64,000 bases of DNA from Planctomycetota bacterium (GTDB lineage Bacteria > Planctomycetota > SZUA-567 > H5-PLA8). The DNA lies in assembly GCA_038227875.1 (NCBI GenBank), contig JBBRPR010000012.1, positions 125,619 through 189,618 of the forward strand, read 5' to 3'. The position numbers and the translations under genes are program-made. Positions 45,150 through 55,106 of this stretch are shown here, piece by piece; the first letter of the stretch is position 1, and every line of letters starts with the position of its first letter. Under the pieces are notes generated by a model. It was not told where the DNA came from and searched no databases. It saw only the letters and a list, made by a program, of their open reading frames with translations.

Positions 45150-46586
45150 ATGCCCTCCGCCCCAACGCTCGATCATCCATTTCTGCAGTGGTTCGGCATC
45201 GACGAAGCCATCATCCACCGCGTCATTGCGGAGGCCATGAGCCGCGGCGCCGATTTTTCCGAACTCTATTTTCAGCACGTTCGGCACAATTCCCTTTCCA
45301 TGGAGGACGGCATCGTCAGCCGTGCCTCAACTGGTGTCGACCAGGGCGTCGGCGTTCGTGCGGTGATGGGAGATCAAGTGGGCTATGCGTATAGCGAGAG
45401 TCTGGAACTCGCTTCCATGCTCCGCGCCGCCACTGCGGCCGCCACAATTGCGACGGGCAGCAACGCGCTGCCCCCCCAGGCCATTTCGCTGCGCGCCACG
45501 CCCAATCATTACAAACTCGGCCGCGATTGGGACAGCGTCAGCGTCACCGAACGACTGCCGCTGCTCCGCAAGGCCGAAGCGATGGTCCGCAGCATGGAAC
45601 CCGCGATCGAGAAGGTGTCGATCGGCTGGGGCGACAGCGATGAACGCGTCTTGGTCGCGACCAGTGACGGCACGCTCTGCGCCGACCGGCGCCCGATGGC
45701 GCGGCTCAACATTTCGCTCACGGCGTTGAAGGATGGCAAGCGCCAGAGCCAGGGCAGTTCGCTCTCCCGGCGCATCGAGATCGGCGCATTCAGCGACGAA
45801 CGGTTGCGCGAGTTGTGCAAAGAAGCGATTGACCGCACCATGATTCTGTTCGATGCCATTCGCCCGCCTGCCGGCGAGATGTCGGTCGTGCTGGCGGCTG
45901 GAGCCTCGGGGATTCTGCTCCACGAAGCCATCGGCCATGGTTTGGAAGCGGACTTCAATCGCAAAGGCACGTCGATCTACTCGAAGCTGCTCAACGAAAA
46001 AGTCGCGCCGGATTTCGTCACCGTCGTCGACGACGGCACACAGGAGAACGACCGCGGCGCGCTGAATGTCGACGACGAAGGCGTCGCCACCGAGCAGACT
46101 GTGCTGATCGACAAGGGCGTGTTGCGCGGCTACCTGCACGATCGCATCTCCGCGCGCCATTACGGCGTCAAGCCAACGGGATCGGGACGGCGCGAAAGTT
46201 TCCGCCACGTGCCAATGCCGCGCATGCGTTCCACGTACATGCTCGGGGGGCCGCACAGCTACGACGAGATCATCAAATCCGTCGACAAGGGTATCGTCGC
46301 GGAGACGTTCACCAACGGCCAGGTGCAGATTGGCGCCGGTGACTATACCTTTTATGTGAAGAGCGGCTGGCTGATCGAAGGCGGCAAGATCACTGCGCCG
46401 ATCCGCGACGTCAATATCATCGGCAACGGACCGGAGACGTTAAAGAACGTGGTCATGGCCGGTAACGACGCGCGCATCGATTACGGTCAGTGGACCTGCG
46501 GCAAAAATGGTCAAGGCGTTCCGGTCTCCACGGGGATGCCCTCCGTGCTGGTGAAGAAGCTGACTGTGGGAGGCGTCAATGGTTGA
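45150..46586 (+). CDS. tldD: Metalloprotease TldD
   Basis: GVGVRAV, HEAIGHGLEAD zinc motif, GSGRRES, PMPRMRST, CGKNGQ.VPV. Confidence 0.93.
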   Translation: MPSAPTLDHPFLQWFGIDEAIIHRVIAEAMSRGADFSELYFQHVRHNSLSMEDGIVSRASTGVDQGVGVRAVMGDQVGYAYSESLELASMLRAATAAATIATGSNALPPQAISLRATPNHYKLGRDWDSVSVTERLPLLRKAEAMVRSMEPAIEKVSIGWGDSDERVLVATSDGTLCADRRPMARLNISLTALKDGKRQSQGSSLSRRIEIGAFSDERLRELCKEAIDRTMILFDAIRPPAGEMSVVLAAGASGILLHEAIGHGLEADFNRKGTSIYSKLLNEKVAPDFVTVVDDGTQENDRGALNVDDEGVATEQTVLIDKGVLRGYLHDRISARHYGVKPTGSGRRESFRHVPMPRMRSTYMLGGPHSYDEIIKSVDKGIVAETFTNGQVQIGAGDYTFYVKSGWLIEGGKITAPIRDVNIIGNGPETLKNVVMAGNDARIDYGQWTCGKNGQGVPVSTGMPSVLVKKLTVGGVNG

Positions 46587-47895
46587 TGAATTGTTGAAGC
46601 AGGCCAAGCTGGCCCTGCAGTTGGCGCTCGACGCCGGCGCGAACGACGCGGTGGCCGGACTGAGCGACGGGTATTCGACGTCGTTCACCTACCGCGATGG
46701 AAAACTCGAAGAGGTCAAGCAGAGCGCCAGCCGCAGTCTCGGCGTCTCGCTGTACGTCGACGGCCGCTATTCCAATCACAGCACGACGGACTTGCGGCCC
46801 GCGGAACTGAAGCGTTTCATCCAGGACGCCGTGGAACTGACGAAACATCTGGAACGAGACCCGTTCCGCGTGATTCCCGATGCGAAACTTTTTGCCAATC
46901 GCGCGCAACTCGATCTGGACCAGGTGGACCGGAAGGCGTCGGAGCTCAACCGCGACCGCGGCCTGGAATGGCTTCGCGAAATGGACGCCGAGGCGCACGC
47001 CGACACGCGCGTGATCAGTGCGTCGAGCCATCTGGGGTATGGCTACACAGCGTCGGCGCGGGTGACATCGAACGGATTTTCCGGCACGCGCGAAAGTACC
47101 GGTGTCGGCTACGGCAGCAGCATCACGCTCGACGAACCCGGTGGCCGCCGCCCGGAAGCTGGACGCCACGTGGGACATTGCCACCGCGACGCACTGCCCG
47201 AACCCGTGACCACCGCGAAGGAAGCACTGCGCCGCGCCGTAGAACGACTTGGCAGCACCAAGGCGCCGAGCGCCAAGGCGATTCTGGTGATCGACCCGGA
47301 AGCTGGCTCGAACGTGGTTGGCCGCCTGATCGGCGCGATGTCGGCCGGCGCGATTCAGCAGAAGCGTTCGTTCCTCGCCAATAAGAAGGGCGAGCGTGTG
47401 GCCAGCGAACTGCTGACTTTGACCGACGATCCGCTGATTCCCGCTCGCCAGTCCTCGCGGCTCTTCGATGGTGAGGGCATCTCCGCGCGCGTGATGCCGC
47501 TGGTGGAAAACGGCGTCCTGCGCAATTATTACATTGATACGTACTACGGTAAGAAGCTCGGCTGGGATCCGACCACCGGAGGAACGTCGAACATTCGCTT
47601 CGGACTCGGTACGAAAAATCAGGAGCAGCTTCTGGCCGACGCGGGTTCAGGATTTTACGTCAACAGCTGGCTGGGCGGAAATTGCGACGGCACGACCGGC
47701 GACTTTTCTCTTGGCATCCGCGGCCATAAGATCGAGAACGGAAAGAAGACCGGAGCGATCGGCGAGATGAACATCACCGGCAACGTGCTGGAACTGTTCT
47801 CGAACCTGATTGCGATCGGCAACGATCCATACGAGTATTCCAGCTACGGCACGCCGACGCTGGTGTTCAAGGATGTGCAGTTCAGCGGACAATAG
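46579..47895 (+). CDS. tldE: TldE/PmbA partner protein
   Basis: DDPL....SRLFDGEG, GDFSLG, EMNITGN, TPTL; lacks HExxxH; overlaps tldD. Confidence 0.88.
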   Translation: MVDELLKQAKLALQLALDAGANDAVAGLSDGYSTSFTYRDGKLEEVKQSASRSLGVSLYVDGRYSNHSTTDLRPAELKRFIQDAVELTKHLERDPFRVIPDAKLFANRAQLDLDQVDRKASELNRDRGLEWLREMDAEAHADTRVISASSHLGYGYTASARVTSNGFSGTRESTGVGYGSSITLDEPGGRRPEAGRHVGHCHRDALPEPVTTAKEALRRAVERLGSTKAPSAKAILVIDPEAGSNVVGRLIGAMSAGAIQQKRSFLANKKGERVASELLTLTDDPLIPARQSSRLFDGEGISARVMPLVENGVLRNYYIDTYYGKKLGWDPTTGGTSNIRFGLGTKNQEQLLADAGSGFYVNSWLGGNCDGTTGDFSLGIRGHKIENGKKTGAIGEMNITGNVLELFSNLIAIGNDPYEYSSYGTPTLVFKDVQFSGQ

Positions 47896-47925
47896 ACACC
47901 TTCAAAGGAAGAGTAAATCCAAAAC

Positions 47926-49080
47926 ATGAGCGAGCAAACCTTCACCGCAACACTGGCCGAAACCGGGCGTGCTGTCATCGTCGAATGGAAGAATGGAGTC
48001 ATCACCGGCATTGATTCCGGCGGCGCTCCGGTGTCACGCTGGATCGCCCCGGCGCTGTGCGACATCCAGGTCAACGGTTTCGCCGGCGTGGATTTCCAGA
48101 GCGACACCACGACGGTCGACGACCTTCAAAAAGCCGCCGCGAAATTGCTGGAGGCCGGCTGCGCTCAGACGCTGCTGACGCTTTGTACCGACGAATGGGG
48201 CGCGTTGACCCATCGCTTCCGCCGCATCCGCGAATTGCGCGACAGCTCGCCGGCGCTCCGCGCGGCGTTTCCGGGATTCCACATTGAAGGGCCGTTCCTT
48301 TCGCCGGTGCCGGGATTCAAAGGCGCGCACGATGAAAGCGTGATGACTGACCCGACACCGGAGAAGATCCGCGAGCTGGTCGCGATCGCCGGCGGCGATC
48401 CGCTGATGTTGACCGTTGCGCCCGAACGGACCGGCGCGATTGAGGCGATCAAGCTGGCTGTGTCGCTGGGCGCCAAGATTAGTTGCGGGCATTCCGACGC
48501 GTCGGCCGAAACGCTGGCGGCGGCGGTGCGGGCCGGAGCGACGATGTTTACGCATCTGGGCAATGGCTGTCCTCAGCAACTGGACCGGCACAACAATATC
48601 CTCTGGCGCGTCATGGAGACGCCGGGCCTGACCGCCGGGATCATTCCGGACACGATCCATGTCTCACCGATGCTCTTCCGAATTCTGAACCGTGCGTTGT
48701 CGCCGGAGCGCTTCTATTACACCACCGATTGCATGGCGGCGGCCGGCTGCCCGCCGGGGCGCTACCGCATCGGCAAGACGGAGATCGAAGTCGGCGCAGA
48801 CAAAGTGGTGCGCGAGCCGGGCAAGACGAATTTTGCCGGCTCGGCGCTGACGCCAATCGAAGGCGTCTTCCGTTCTGCGCGCATGCTGCGCCGCCCGTGG
48901 CAGCACACCTGGCATGGATTTTCAACACGGCCGCGCGAATTGATGGGCCTGGGCGGCGACCTTGCCGTCGGCGCGGATGCGACCTTCTGCATCCTCGAGC
49001 AGAAGGGCACCGCGGTGACGATGGACGTGTACGTTCGCGGCGATAAGAAGGCCACGTCAACGGTAAACGTAGACATTTAA
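47926..49080 (+). CDS. nagA: N-acetylglucosamine-6-phosphate deacetylase
   Basis: DIQVNG, HIEGPFL, GAH, TVAPE, GHS, THLGN, DTIHV, TD, AGSALT. Confidence 0.88.
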   Translation: MSEQTFTATLAETGRAVIVEWKNGVITGIDSGGAPVSRWIAPALCDIQVNGFAGVDFQSDTTTVDDLQKAAAKLLEAGCAQTLLTLCTDEWGALTHRFRRIRELRDSSPALRAAFPGFHIEGPFLSPVPGFKGAHDESVMTDPTPEKIRELVAIAGGDPLMLTVAPERTGAIEAIKLAVSLGAKISCGHSDASAETLAAAVRAGATMFTHLGNGCPQQLDRHNNILWRVMETPGLTAGIIPDTIHVSPMLFRILNRALSPERFYYTTDCMAAAGCPPGRYRIGKTEIEVGADKVVREPGKTNFAGSALTPIEGVFRSARMLRRPWQHTWHGFSTRPRELMGLGGDLAVGADATFCILEQKGTAVTMDVYVRGDKKATSTVNVDI

Positions 49081-49137
49081 CGTTAACCGTTAATCGTCTT
49101 GGTTTACCTATGGGATCAGGCTGTGCTGGGCTTGGGC

Positions 49138-50262
49138 TTAAAGCGCCAGTTCCTGGAAGATCTTCAGCGCTTCGCTGAGCGTCGCGTCGCTGGCGGCGTA
49201 GCTGATGCGGAAATGCGTGTCGCGCGTCGAGAATACGTTGCCCGGGACCAGCAGCAGTCGGCGCGCGATGGCGCTCTCGACAAAAGTTTGCCCGTTGGCG
49301 AACTTCGCCGGTACGCGCGGAAATAAGTAGAACGCGCCGCCGGGTTCTTCGCATTCGTAGCCGGCCTTGCGCAGTCCGCTGACCAGAAAATCGCGCTTCT
49401 TTTTATAGCTGCTGACGTAACCGGAGAGATCCAGCTTGAACGCCTGAAGCGCCGCGCGCTGCGCGGGACTGGGCGCCGCCACGAACGTGAACTGCTGCAG
49501 CTTGATCAGCTCATTGACCAACTCGCGCGGCCCGGTGACCCAGCCTAACCGCCAACCGGTGACGGCCACCGTCTTCGAAAGCCCGCCGACGGCCAGCGTG
49601 CCTTCCGGGTAATACGCGCCGATGCTCCGCTGGGCCTTGCCGGAGTAGCTGAACAGTTCGTAAATCTCGTCGCTGATCACCACGATGCCCTTGGCGCGCG
49701 CGAGATCGGCGAGGTCCTGCTTCTCCTGTTCCGACAGACAGGCGCCAGTCGGATTGCCCGGCGACATCGCCACGATCACTTTCGTTTTCGGCGTGATCTG
49801 CTTTTCCAACTGAGCGGCAGAGACGCGGAAATTCGGGTACGTATCGTAGAAGACAGCTGTCCCGCCGCACATCGTCGTGAGGTGCCGGTAGCTGACGAAA
49901 TACGGATCCGGCAGCAGTACTTCGTCGCCGGGATCGACCAGCGCCAGCAGCGCCAGCGTCAGCCCGCCGGACGTGCCGCTGGTAACGATGCAGTCTTCCG
50001 GCCGAGTGCCGTGCAGACCGGCGTAATGGTTGAGGATCAGTTCGCGCAGTTCGGGAAATCCGGCGCTGGGCGGATAACGGTTGAAGCCGCCGCGGATCGC
50101 GTCGATCGCCGCCTGCTGGATCGGCTCCGGCACATCGAAGTCCGGCTGGCCGATGGAAAGGTTGACGGCGTCCTTGACCGTCGCCGCGAGATCGAAAATC
50201 TTGCGGATACCGGAGGCTTCAATACTGGTAACGCGCTTGGCAAGCAACTTCGAAGGGTTCAT
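49138..50262 (-). CDS. PLP-dependent class I/II aminotransferase (aspartate aminotransferase-like)
   Basis: LSIGQPDF, SPGNPTG, SDEIY, GLSKTVAVTGWRLG, PGGAFYLF, RISYA. Confidence 0.93.
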   Translation of the reverse strand: MNPSKLLAKRVTSIEASGIRKIFDLAATVKDAVNLSIGQPDFDVPEPIQQAAIDAIRGGFNRYPPSAGFPELRELILNHYAGLHGTRPEDCIVTSGTSGGLTLALLALVDPGDEVLLPDPYFVSYRHLTTMCGGTAVFYDTYPNFRVSAAQLEKQITPKTKVIVAMSPGNPTGACLSEQEKQDLADLARAKGIVVISDEIYELFSYSGKAQRSIGAYYPEGTLAVGGLSKTVAVTGWRLGWVTGPRELVNELIKLQQFTFVAAPSPAQRAALQAFKLDLSGYVSSYKKKRDFLVSGLRKAGYECEEPGGAFYLFPRVPAKFANGQTFVESAIARRLLLVPGNVFSTRDTHFRISYAASDATLSEALKIFQELAL

Positions 50263-50300
50263 GGGTGTTCCAAAATGGGTTCCGGACGAGCATGCTACGC

Positions 50301-51527
50301 TTACTTTAAATCGTAGCACGCCAGCTTGACCTTGTTGCGGATGTACAGCTTGCCGTCGGAGATGATCGGCGCCGTCCAGCTCTGCCCGCCCAGCGGCTTG
50401 AAGCGGCCGAGCTCCTTGTAAGCCGCCGGGTCCGCGGCGACCATCACTACGTCGCCTTCGGCCCCGTTGACCGCGAGAATCACGCCGTCGATGCCGCAGA
50501 CGCCGCCCTTTTCAAAGCCGCCGTGCTTCCACGCCGCGGTTCCGGTGCGGGGATCCAGGCAGACCAGCCCTTCGCCGTCGCCGATGCCGTAGATCTTCTC
50601 GCCCATCAGCACCGGCGTGTTGAAGTGTGATTTGATTTCCTTGTTGGTCCAGGCGGCCTTGGCGCCTTCGCCCTGGACGCTGATCAGACCGCAGCCGTAA
50701 CCATAGTTACTGGTGACAAACACGGTGTCGCCGATGACGATGGGCGTCGCGGCGTTGACGCCGTAGTTGGTCGTCCACGGGACGCTCCAGAGCGGCGGGC
50801 CGCCCTTGTCGGCGTTGATGCCGATGAGCGACGCGCCCATGAAAATCACATACTGCTTCTTGCCGCCGATGGTCGCCGCGACCGCCGTGGCGTAGCCGCA
50901 GGTGTCCGCGCCGCCGCCGCCGACCCAGATGTCCTTACCCGTGTCCTTGTCCAGCGCCACGACGCTCTTGGCGCCGCCGGGCTGAATGATCAGTTTCTGT
51001 CCGTCGACCAGCGGCGACCAGCCGTACTCCCAGCCGCCGGGTTTGCCGGCGAAATCGTTGCGGATGTTGCGCGCCCAGATTTTCGTGCCCTTTTCCGCAT
51101 CCAGGCAGTGCAGATTGCCCGTGCGGCTGATGGTGTAAAGCTTGCCATTGTCGAAGACGGGCGTTGAGTGCGCGAAACCGTAGTTGTTGTTGTTCGCGTC
51201 GGCGTATTTGAACGTCCAGGCATCCTTGCCCGTAGCGATGTCGACAGCGCGTACGATATCTTCGGCGCCCGCGTGATCGATGATGAACATCTTGCCCTTG
51301 GCCACCGACGGCCCGGCATAGCCGTCATCACCCAGGGAGATATTCCACAGTTCCTTCGGCGGCTTGGCCTTCCAGTCCTTGTTGATGCCCTTTTCCGGCG
51401 AAACGCCGTTAGCCTCCGGCCCGCGGAATTGCGGCCAGTCCGCCGCGCGGGCGGTTCCCGCAAAGGTCGTCAGCGCCGCCGAAAGCGCGACCGTGAGCAT
51501 CGGTTTCAATATCTTAAGCATGAGCAC
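50301..51527 (-). CDS. Exported PQQ-binding-like beta-propeller protein
   Basis: Signal peptide then DWPQFRGP; repeated LHCLDAEKG..W and SP/TP blades; WTAPIISDGKLYIRN..LACYDL. Confidence 0.9.
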   Translation of the reverse strand: MLMLKILKPMLTVALSAALTTFAGTARAADWPQFRGPEANGVSPEKGINKDWKAKPPKELWNISLGDDGYAGPSVAKGKMFIIDHAGAEDIVRAVDIATGKDAWTFKYADANNNNYGFAHSTPVFDNGKLYTISRTGNLHCLDAEKGTKIWARNIRNDFAGKPGGWEYGWSPLVDGQKLIIQPGGAKSVVALDKDTGKDIWVGGGGADTCGYATAVAATIGGKKQYVIFMGASLIGINADKGGPPLWSVPWTTNYGVNAATPIVIGDTVFVTSNYGYGCGLISVQGEGAKAAWTNKEIKSHFNTPVLMGEKIYGIGDGEGLVCLDPRTGTAAWKHGGFEKGGVCGIDGVILAVNGAEGDVVMVAADPAAYKELGRFKPLGGQSWTAPIISDGKLYIRNKVKLACYDLK

Positions 51528-51649
51528 CTCGCCGTGAAGGTTAGATCAATGGAAGACGGAATGATACCGGAGAGGCGGGTGTTGCGCCAGCGATGGGGTG
51601 CGCGTCGATTCTGGAATGCGGCGCCGGCACACAAGGACGAGTGGGGAAG

Positions 51650-52138
51650 GATGTCCGTACGCCCATTCCGCGACGAGTTTCACGCCATCGAGTTTTTCCG
51701 CCTGCAGGTAGAGTGCATTGTTGCCCGGCACCAGGCGCGGAATAATGCTCATATTCAATTGATAACCAACCGTAATTTGCAGCCCGCGCATCCGCAGCGG
51801 AGAGTTGGCCGATTGCGTTGACATGTCATGCGCAGCCAGAATTCGCGCAGGCCGCGTACGCTGGGGCCTTCCGCCAAGCCGTTCTCGAGAACGGTGGGCG
51901 GCATCCCCGCCTGCCAGTAAATGGGATGGCGCGTATAGCCCGCATCTTCCGAGATGGAAAGGCCGACGAGATCGCCGCCGCCCACGTCCGCGGCAAGGTT
52001 CATGCGCAAGTACGTGGCGAGGTAAGGCAGCTTGATGTGCCACCACACTTCGCAATGCTTGCGCGCGCCGGTGGGCCGCACGGTTCCGTTCTCAAAGACC
52101 GCGTTGTCGGCGCGATAAGCTGTCTGCGCGCCAAGACG
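51650..52138 (-). pseudogene. 5'-truncated, frameshifted gene fragment
   Basis: Frame ..HCEVWWHIKLPY..REFWLR continues after a 1-nt shift near 51828 as DMSTQ..LQITVGYQLNMSIIPRLVPGNNALYL; no start or RBS; frame closed at 52139-52141. Confidence 0.6.
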
Positions 52139-52140
52139 TC

Positions 52141-52263
52141 ATGGCTTACGATCCGGAATTGAAACTGGTCCTTCTCAACAATAGCAGCGCCTACAAAGTC
52201 TGAGCACTGAAGCTCGATCGCGCCTCGCTGAAAATGAAGGAGATCACTGAATTAAAAACGTGA
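52141..52263 (+). pseudogene. C-terminal remnant of a beta-propeller-like gene with in-frame stop
   Basis: MAYDPELKLVLLNNSSAYKV*ALKLDRASLKMKEITELKT*; TGA at 52201 where a Trp codon (VWALK) would fit. Confidence 0.5.
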
Positions 52264-52370
52264 CGAGCTCTGGGCACGAGCACGGGTCTGAAGCTCTCTC
52301 GCAATGACATGTTGAAGGAGTCGCTCGCAGCCCGAAGTACGAGCGACATCGAACCACTGGCTACCAATTC

Positions 52371-52398
52371 AATCCCCCGCATTGAAGTGCGGGGGATT
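52371..52398. repeat. Strong hairpin (REP-like or terminator) downstream of the GH127 gene
   Basis: AATCCCCCGCA-ttgaag-TGCGGGGGATT; second hairpin GTCGCTCG..CGAGCGAC at 52320-52347. Confidence 0.6.
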
Positions 52399-52438
52399 AA
52401 ATCGAAGTATTGAATTTTAAAGAGGAACGTCAGGCCGT

Positions 52439-54346
52439 TCATTTCTCCACGGTCGGGAACTCCGTTACCCGCAGATGCGTGCAGCCGTAAGGAATTAACG
52501 TCAATTCCTCCAGTGGTTCGCTGCTCACGACCGGACTTACTGGCAAGTCGACCAGATCACCACCGCTGTCCTGCCACTGACGCAAGCGCCGGCCTTTCAC
52601 TTTGGCTGCGACAGGGGCGCCGTCCGGCGAGAAAGGGTACTCTCCCAGCGGATGCTCGGAGAACTGCAGGTCCTTTTCCAGACTCAATTCTGAGGTCGCC
52701 AGAGCGTAATTCCACGGAGTCGTCGGATGAACCGTGTAGTCGGAGTGCGGCGGTTCGCGGTGCGGTTTGTCGCAGTGTAGATGCTTCCAATCCTCACCGA
52801 CCTTCAGCGCGTATACCAGCGGGCCGCGCGTAATGCTGAGTCCATTATTGAACCGGCGTTGCCCGCGGGGCCGCATTGGCAATGTCAGTTCGAGACTCTG
52901 CGTGCCCTGCCAGGTCTTCTCGATCCGATGGAAACTGCCCGCCACCGGTTTCACCTGCGAACAGTCGGGCTGTCGCAATACGGCCTCGGTGGCCCAGGCG
53001 GGAATTCGCAACAGCAGCGGAAATGAAACAGGCCGATCCACCGAAATCGTAATGCTGATCCGGTCTCGGAATGGATATTCCGTCTCGACCATCACTTCCA
53101 CCTTGGCGTCTCGAATGGAATGATTCAAGCGGCACGGTGCGTATGAAATTGCAGCCAGCCCGGAGTCCGCCGTGGCCATCCAAACGTGCGCTGCATACTT
53201 CGGCCAGCCCTGACTTAAATTGGCCGTGCAGCACCCGTAGTTGGGTTCGAGTCCAAACGTGTTCGAGTCGCCGCGATTGGTGGTGTAGATCGGCTTGGAG
53301 CGGACTGAGCAGCAGATCTGATTGGCCTGCTGCACGTATTGATGCGTCCACATGTCCGAGGAGAATGTCGCCGGCAGATTGTTAAACGTGATCATTTCCA
53401 GGCGGTCCGCAAACGAAGCCTCGCCGAGAATCGCCGTCAGTACTTCAAGCGAATACATTTCCTCGACCACGGCGCACAACTCGGTGCCTTGAACGGGATG
53501 GAGTCCAGCGAGGCACTCGTCGCCCGTGAACATGCCGGTCGCCTGTCCGTGATATTTGTCCAGCAGGCTCAGCATGTTCTGAGCGCCCTGCCGGTCGCGC
53601 TGCGCGGCGCTCAAGCGCCAGAGTAGGGCGGGGGCTTTGAGCGCCATGGCGACGTTGACCACATGCGCGGTGAACGTCCAACCCGTGCTGCGTTGTCGTG
53701 AAGCTTCCGGCCAGTTTTCAAAAAAGCTCACCCAGTCGAAACCCTGGCAATTCAAACTCGTCGCAATTTCCAGCAGCCGCGGATCTTTTGTGCGCTCGTA
53801 AAGCCAGCACAGCGGAATCAGCGCCTCAAAGCTGCGAAACATCGACCACTTCGAGAGGGACTCGCCTTGGATGTGCTTTTCCATGCAGAATAGCGATTTA
53901 CGGACCGCCGCTTCCGCGCGCGCATCGCCGGTGATGTCCCCGTACTGCGCGAGCACCTTCTGCATCAGAAACTGGCTCCAGACATCGGCCGTCGCGCGAT
54001 CTTTTGGCGCGCCGCCAGGTCCCAGCCAGCCATCTTCCAACTGGTGCCGCAGAATGTAGTCGATGTACGCGTTGACTTTGGCAATCATCGCTTCATCGCG
54101 AAGCAAATAGGCCAGTGGCAACACGCCATCCAGCCAATACGGCGCGCGTTCCCAACCCTCGGACCGCCCGCCGAACCATGCGCTGTCTTTGATGTCAGGC
54201 CAAAAATCTGCCAGGTGCCAGCTCAGTCCATCGGCCTGAATCCGCAATTGTCTCTGGAGCCACCCGCGCGGCTGAATCGCGGCGAGTGGTAGTGGTTGAA
54301 ACGCGCCAGGTTGCAAGCATTGCATTTTCTGAACATCCCTCGTCAC
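52439..54346 (-). CDS. Glycoside hydrolase family 127/146 (beta-L-arabinofuranosidase-like)
   Basis: GWERAPYWLDG, HVVN, GTELCAVVE, YGCCTAN, ETEYPF, LRIPAW, RGPLVY, LIPYG. Confidence 0.9.
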   Translation of the reverse strand: MTRDVQKMQCLQPGAFQPLPLAAIQPRGWLQRQLRIQADGLSWHLADFWPDIKDSAWFGGRSEGWERAPYWLDGVLPLAYLLRDEAMIAKVNAYIDYILRHQLEDGWLGPGGAPKDRATADVWSQFLMQKVLAQYGDITGDARAEAAVRKSLFCMEKHIQGESLSKWSMFRSFEALIPLCWLYERTKDPRLLEIATSLNCQGFDWVSFFENWPEASRQRSTGWTFTAHVVNVAMALKAPALLWRLSAAQRDRQGAQNMLSLLDKYHGQATGMFTGDECLAGLHPVQGTELCAVVEEMYSLEVLTAILGEASFADRLEMITFNNLPATFSSDMWTHQYVQQANQICCSVRSKPIYTTNRGDSNTFGLEPNYGCCTANLSQGWPKYAAHVWMATADSGLAAISYAPCRLNHSIRDAKVEVMVETEYPFRDRISITISVDRPVSFPLLLRIPAWATEAVLRQPDCSQVKPVAGSFHRIEKTWQGTQSLELTLPMRPRGQRRFNNGLSITRGPLVYALKVGEDWKHLHCDKPHREPPHSDYTVHPTTPWNYALATSELSLEKDLQFSEHPLGEYPFSPDGAPVAAKVKGRRLRQWQDSGGDLVDLPVSPVVSSEPLEELTLIPYGCTHLRVTEFPTVEK

Positions 54347-54601
54347 TTAGTTTAAGTACGATTCCGACTCAACGCCTGGATTATCATTCAATATTACCAA
54401 TGAACAAGAGGACGAACGTGTATAATACGGGGATGATTCCGACTAAAATGCGAGAGCTTTGTCGGTTTCGTCCGACTTCGAAATCATGTCCGAGCCACCG
54501 CGAATGGCGAAACAAAGCGCGAACGAACCCACGAGACTGTCCGAACGATGGTCCTACCTCCGCCGCTCTTTAAAGGAGATCGCGATGAAACGGAACGCCA
54601 T

Positions 54602-54630
54602 TTGACAAAGCGAGTTGGCATCGCTAACGT
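54602..54630 (+). promoter_or_regulatory. Sigma70 promoter of tRNA-Leu
   Basis: TTGACA (54602-54607), 17-bp spacer, TAACGT (54625-54630). Confidence 0.7.
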
Positions 54631-54661
54631 GCCCTTTCGAGTTTGCCGTAAAACGTCCCGT

Positions 54662-54748
54662 GCGCGCGTGGCGGAATTGGCAGACGCGCCAGCTTGAGGG
54701 GCTGGTGCCCGCAAGGGCGTGCTGGTTCGACCCCAGTCGCGCGCACCA
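54662..54748 (+). tRNA. tRNA-Leu (anticodon GAG)
   Basis: GCGCGCG acceptor stem, D-loop GGAATTGGCAGAC, stem CCAGC/GCTGG with loop TT-GAG-GG, long variable arm GCCC-GCAA-GGGC, TTCGA loop, discriminator A plus encoded CCA. Confidence 0.97.
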
Positions 54749-54763
54749 ATACGAGTCCGATGA

Positions 54764-54789
54764 AAGAGGCCAGCGGAAGCTGGCCTCTT
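54764..54789. terminator. Terminator hairpin after the tRNA (possibly bidirectional)
   Basis: AAGAGGCCAGC-GGAA-GCTGGCCTCTT followed by GCTTTT. Confidence 0.8.
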
Positions 54790-54803
54790 GCTTTTGGATT
54801 GAA

Positions 54804-55106
54804 CTATTCGTGATGCTTTCGGTTGAACTGCAATCGCTCAAAGCAAAACCAGATTAAAACTAAAATTGAAATATTAACAGCCAAATTAAAGAATCCTCGA
54901 TCAGGCTCAACAAATTCACCCAATGAAGACCGGTGAACATATTTTAATGGCCAGCCGTACGATTCTCCTGAAATGGAGCCGTTTACTTCCATCTTCCCAC
55001 GCTCCGCCGTCAGATTCGTGCCAAGGAGCATTCCGGCTGCTATTACGGCCGCGATTAGTGTTAAGGGGTGCAATCGAAACCAGGGGCGGCGCGTCGGCTT
55101 AATCAT
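54804..55106 (-). CDS. Small two-TM protein, paralog family copy 1
   Basis: RRPWFRLHPLT..TM..N, YGWP, TM, ERLQFNRK. Confidence 0.75.
   Translation of the reverse strand: MIKPTRRPWFRLHPLTLIAAVIAAGMLLGTNLTAERGKMEVNGSISGESYGWPLKYVHRSSLGEFVEPDRGFFNLAVNISILVLIWFCFERLQFNRKHHE

Noticed and set aside
49077..49092. TTAACG-TTAACCG-TTAA micro-repeat at the nagA stop
   Set aside because: Too short to distinguish from chance between convergent genes
52201..52203. TGA recoding (Trp or selenocysteine)
   Set aside because: TGA is the normal stop for many genes here and TGG encodes Trp throughout; the fragment lacks a 5' end, so a nonsense mutation in a pseudogene is simpler
52191..52442. 83-aa minus-strand ORF after the GH127 gene
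   Set aside because: Runs through two hairpins and the antisense of a gene remnant; no recognisable protein features
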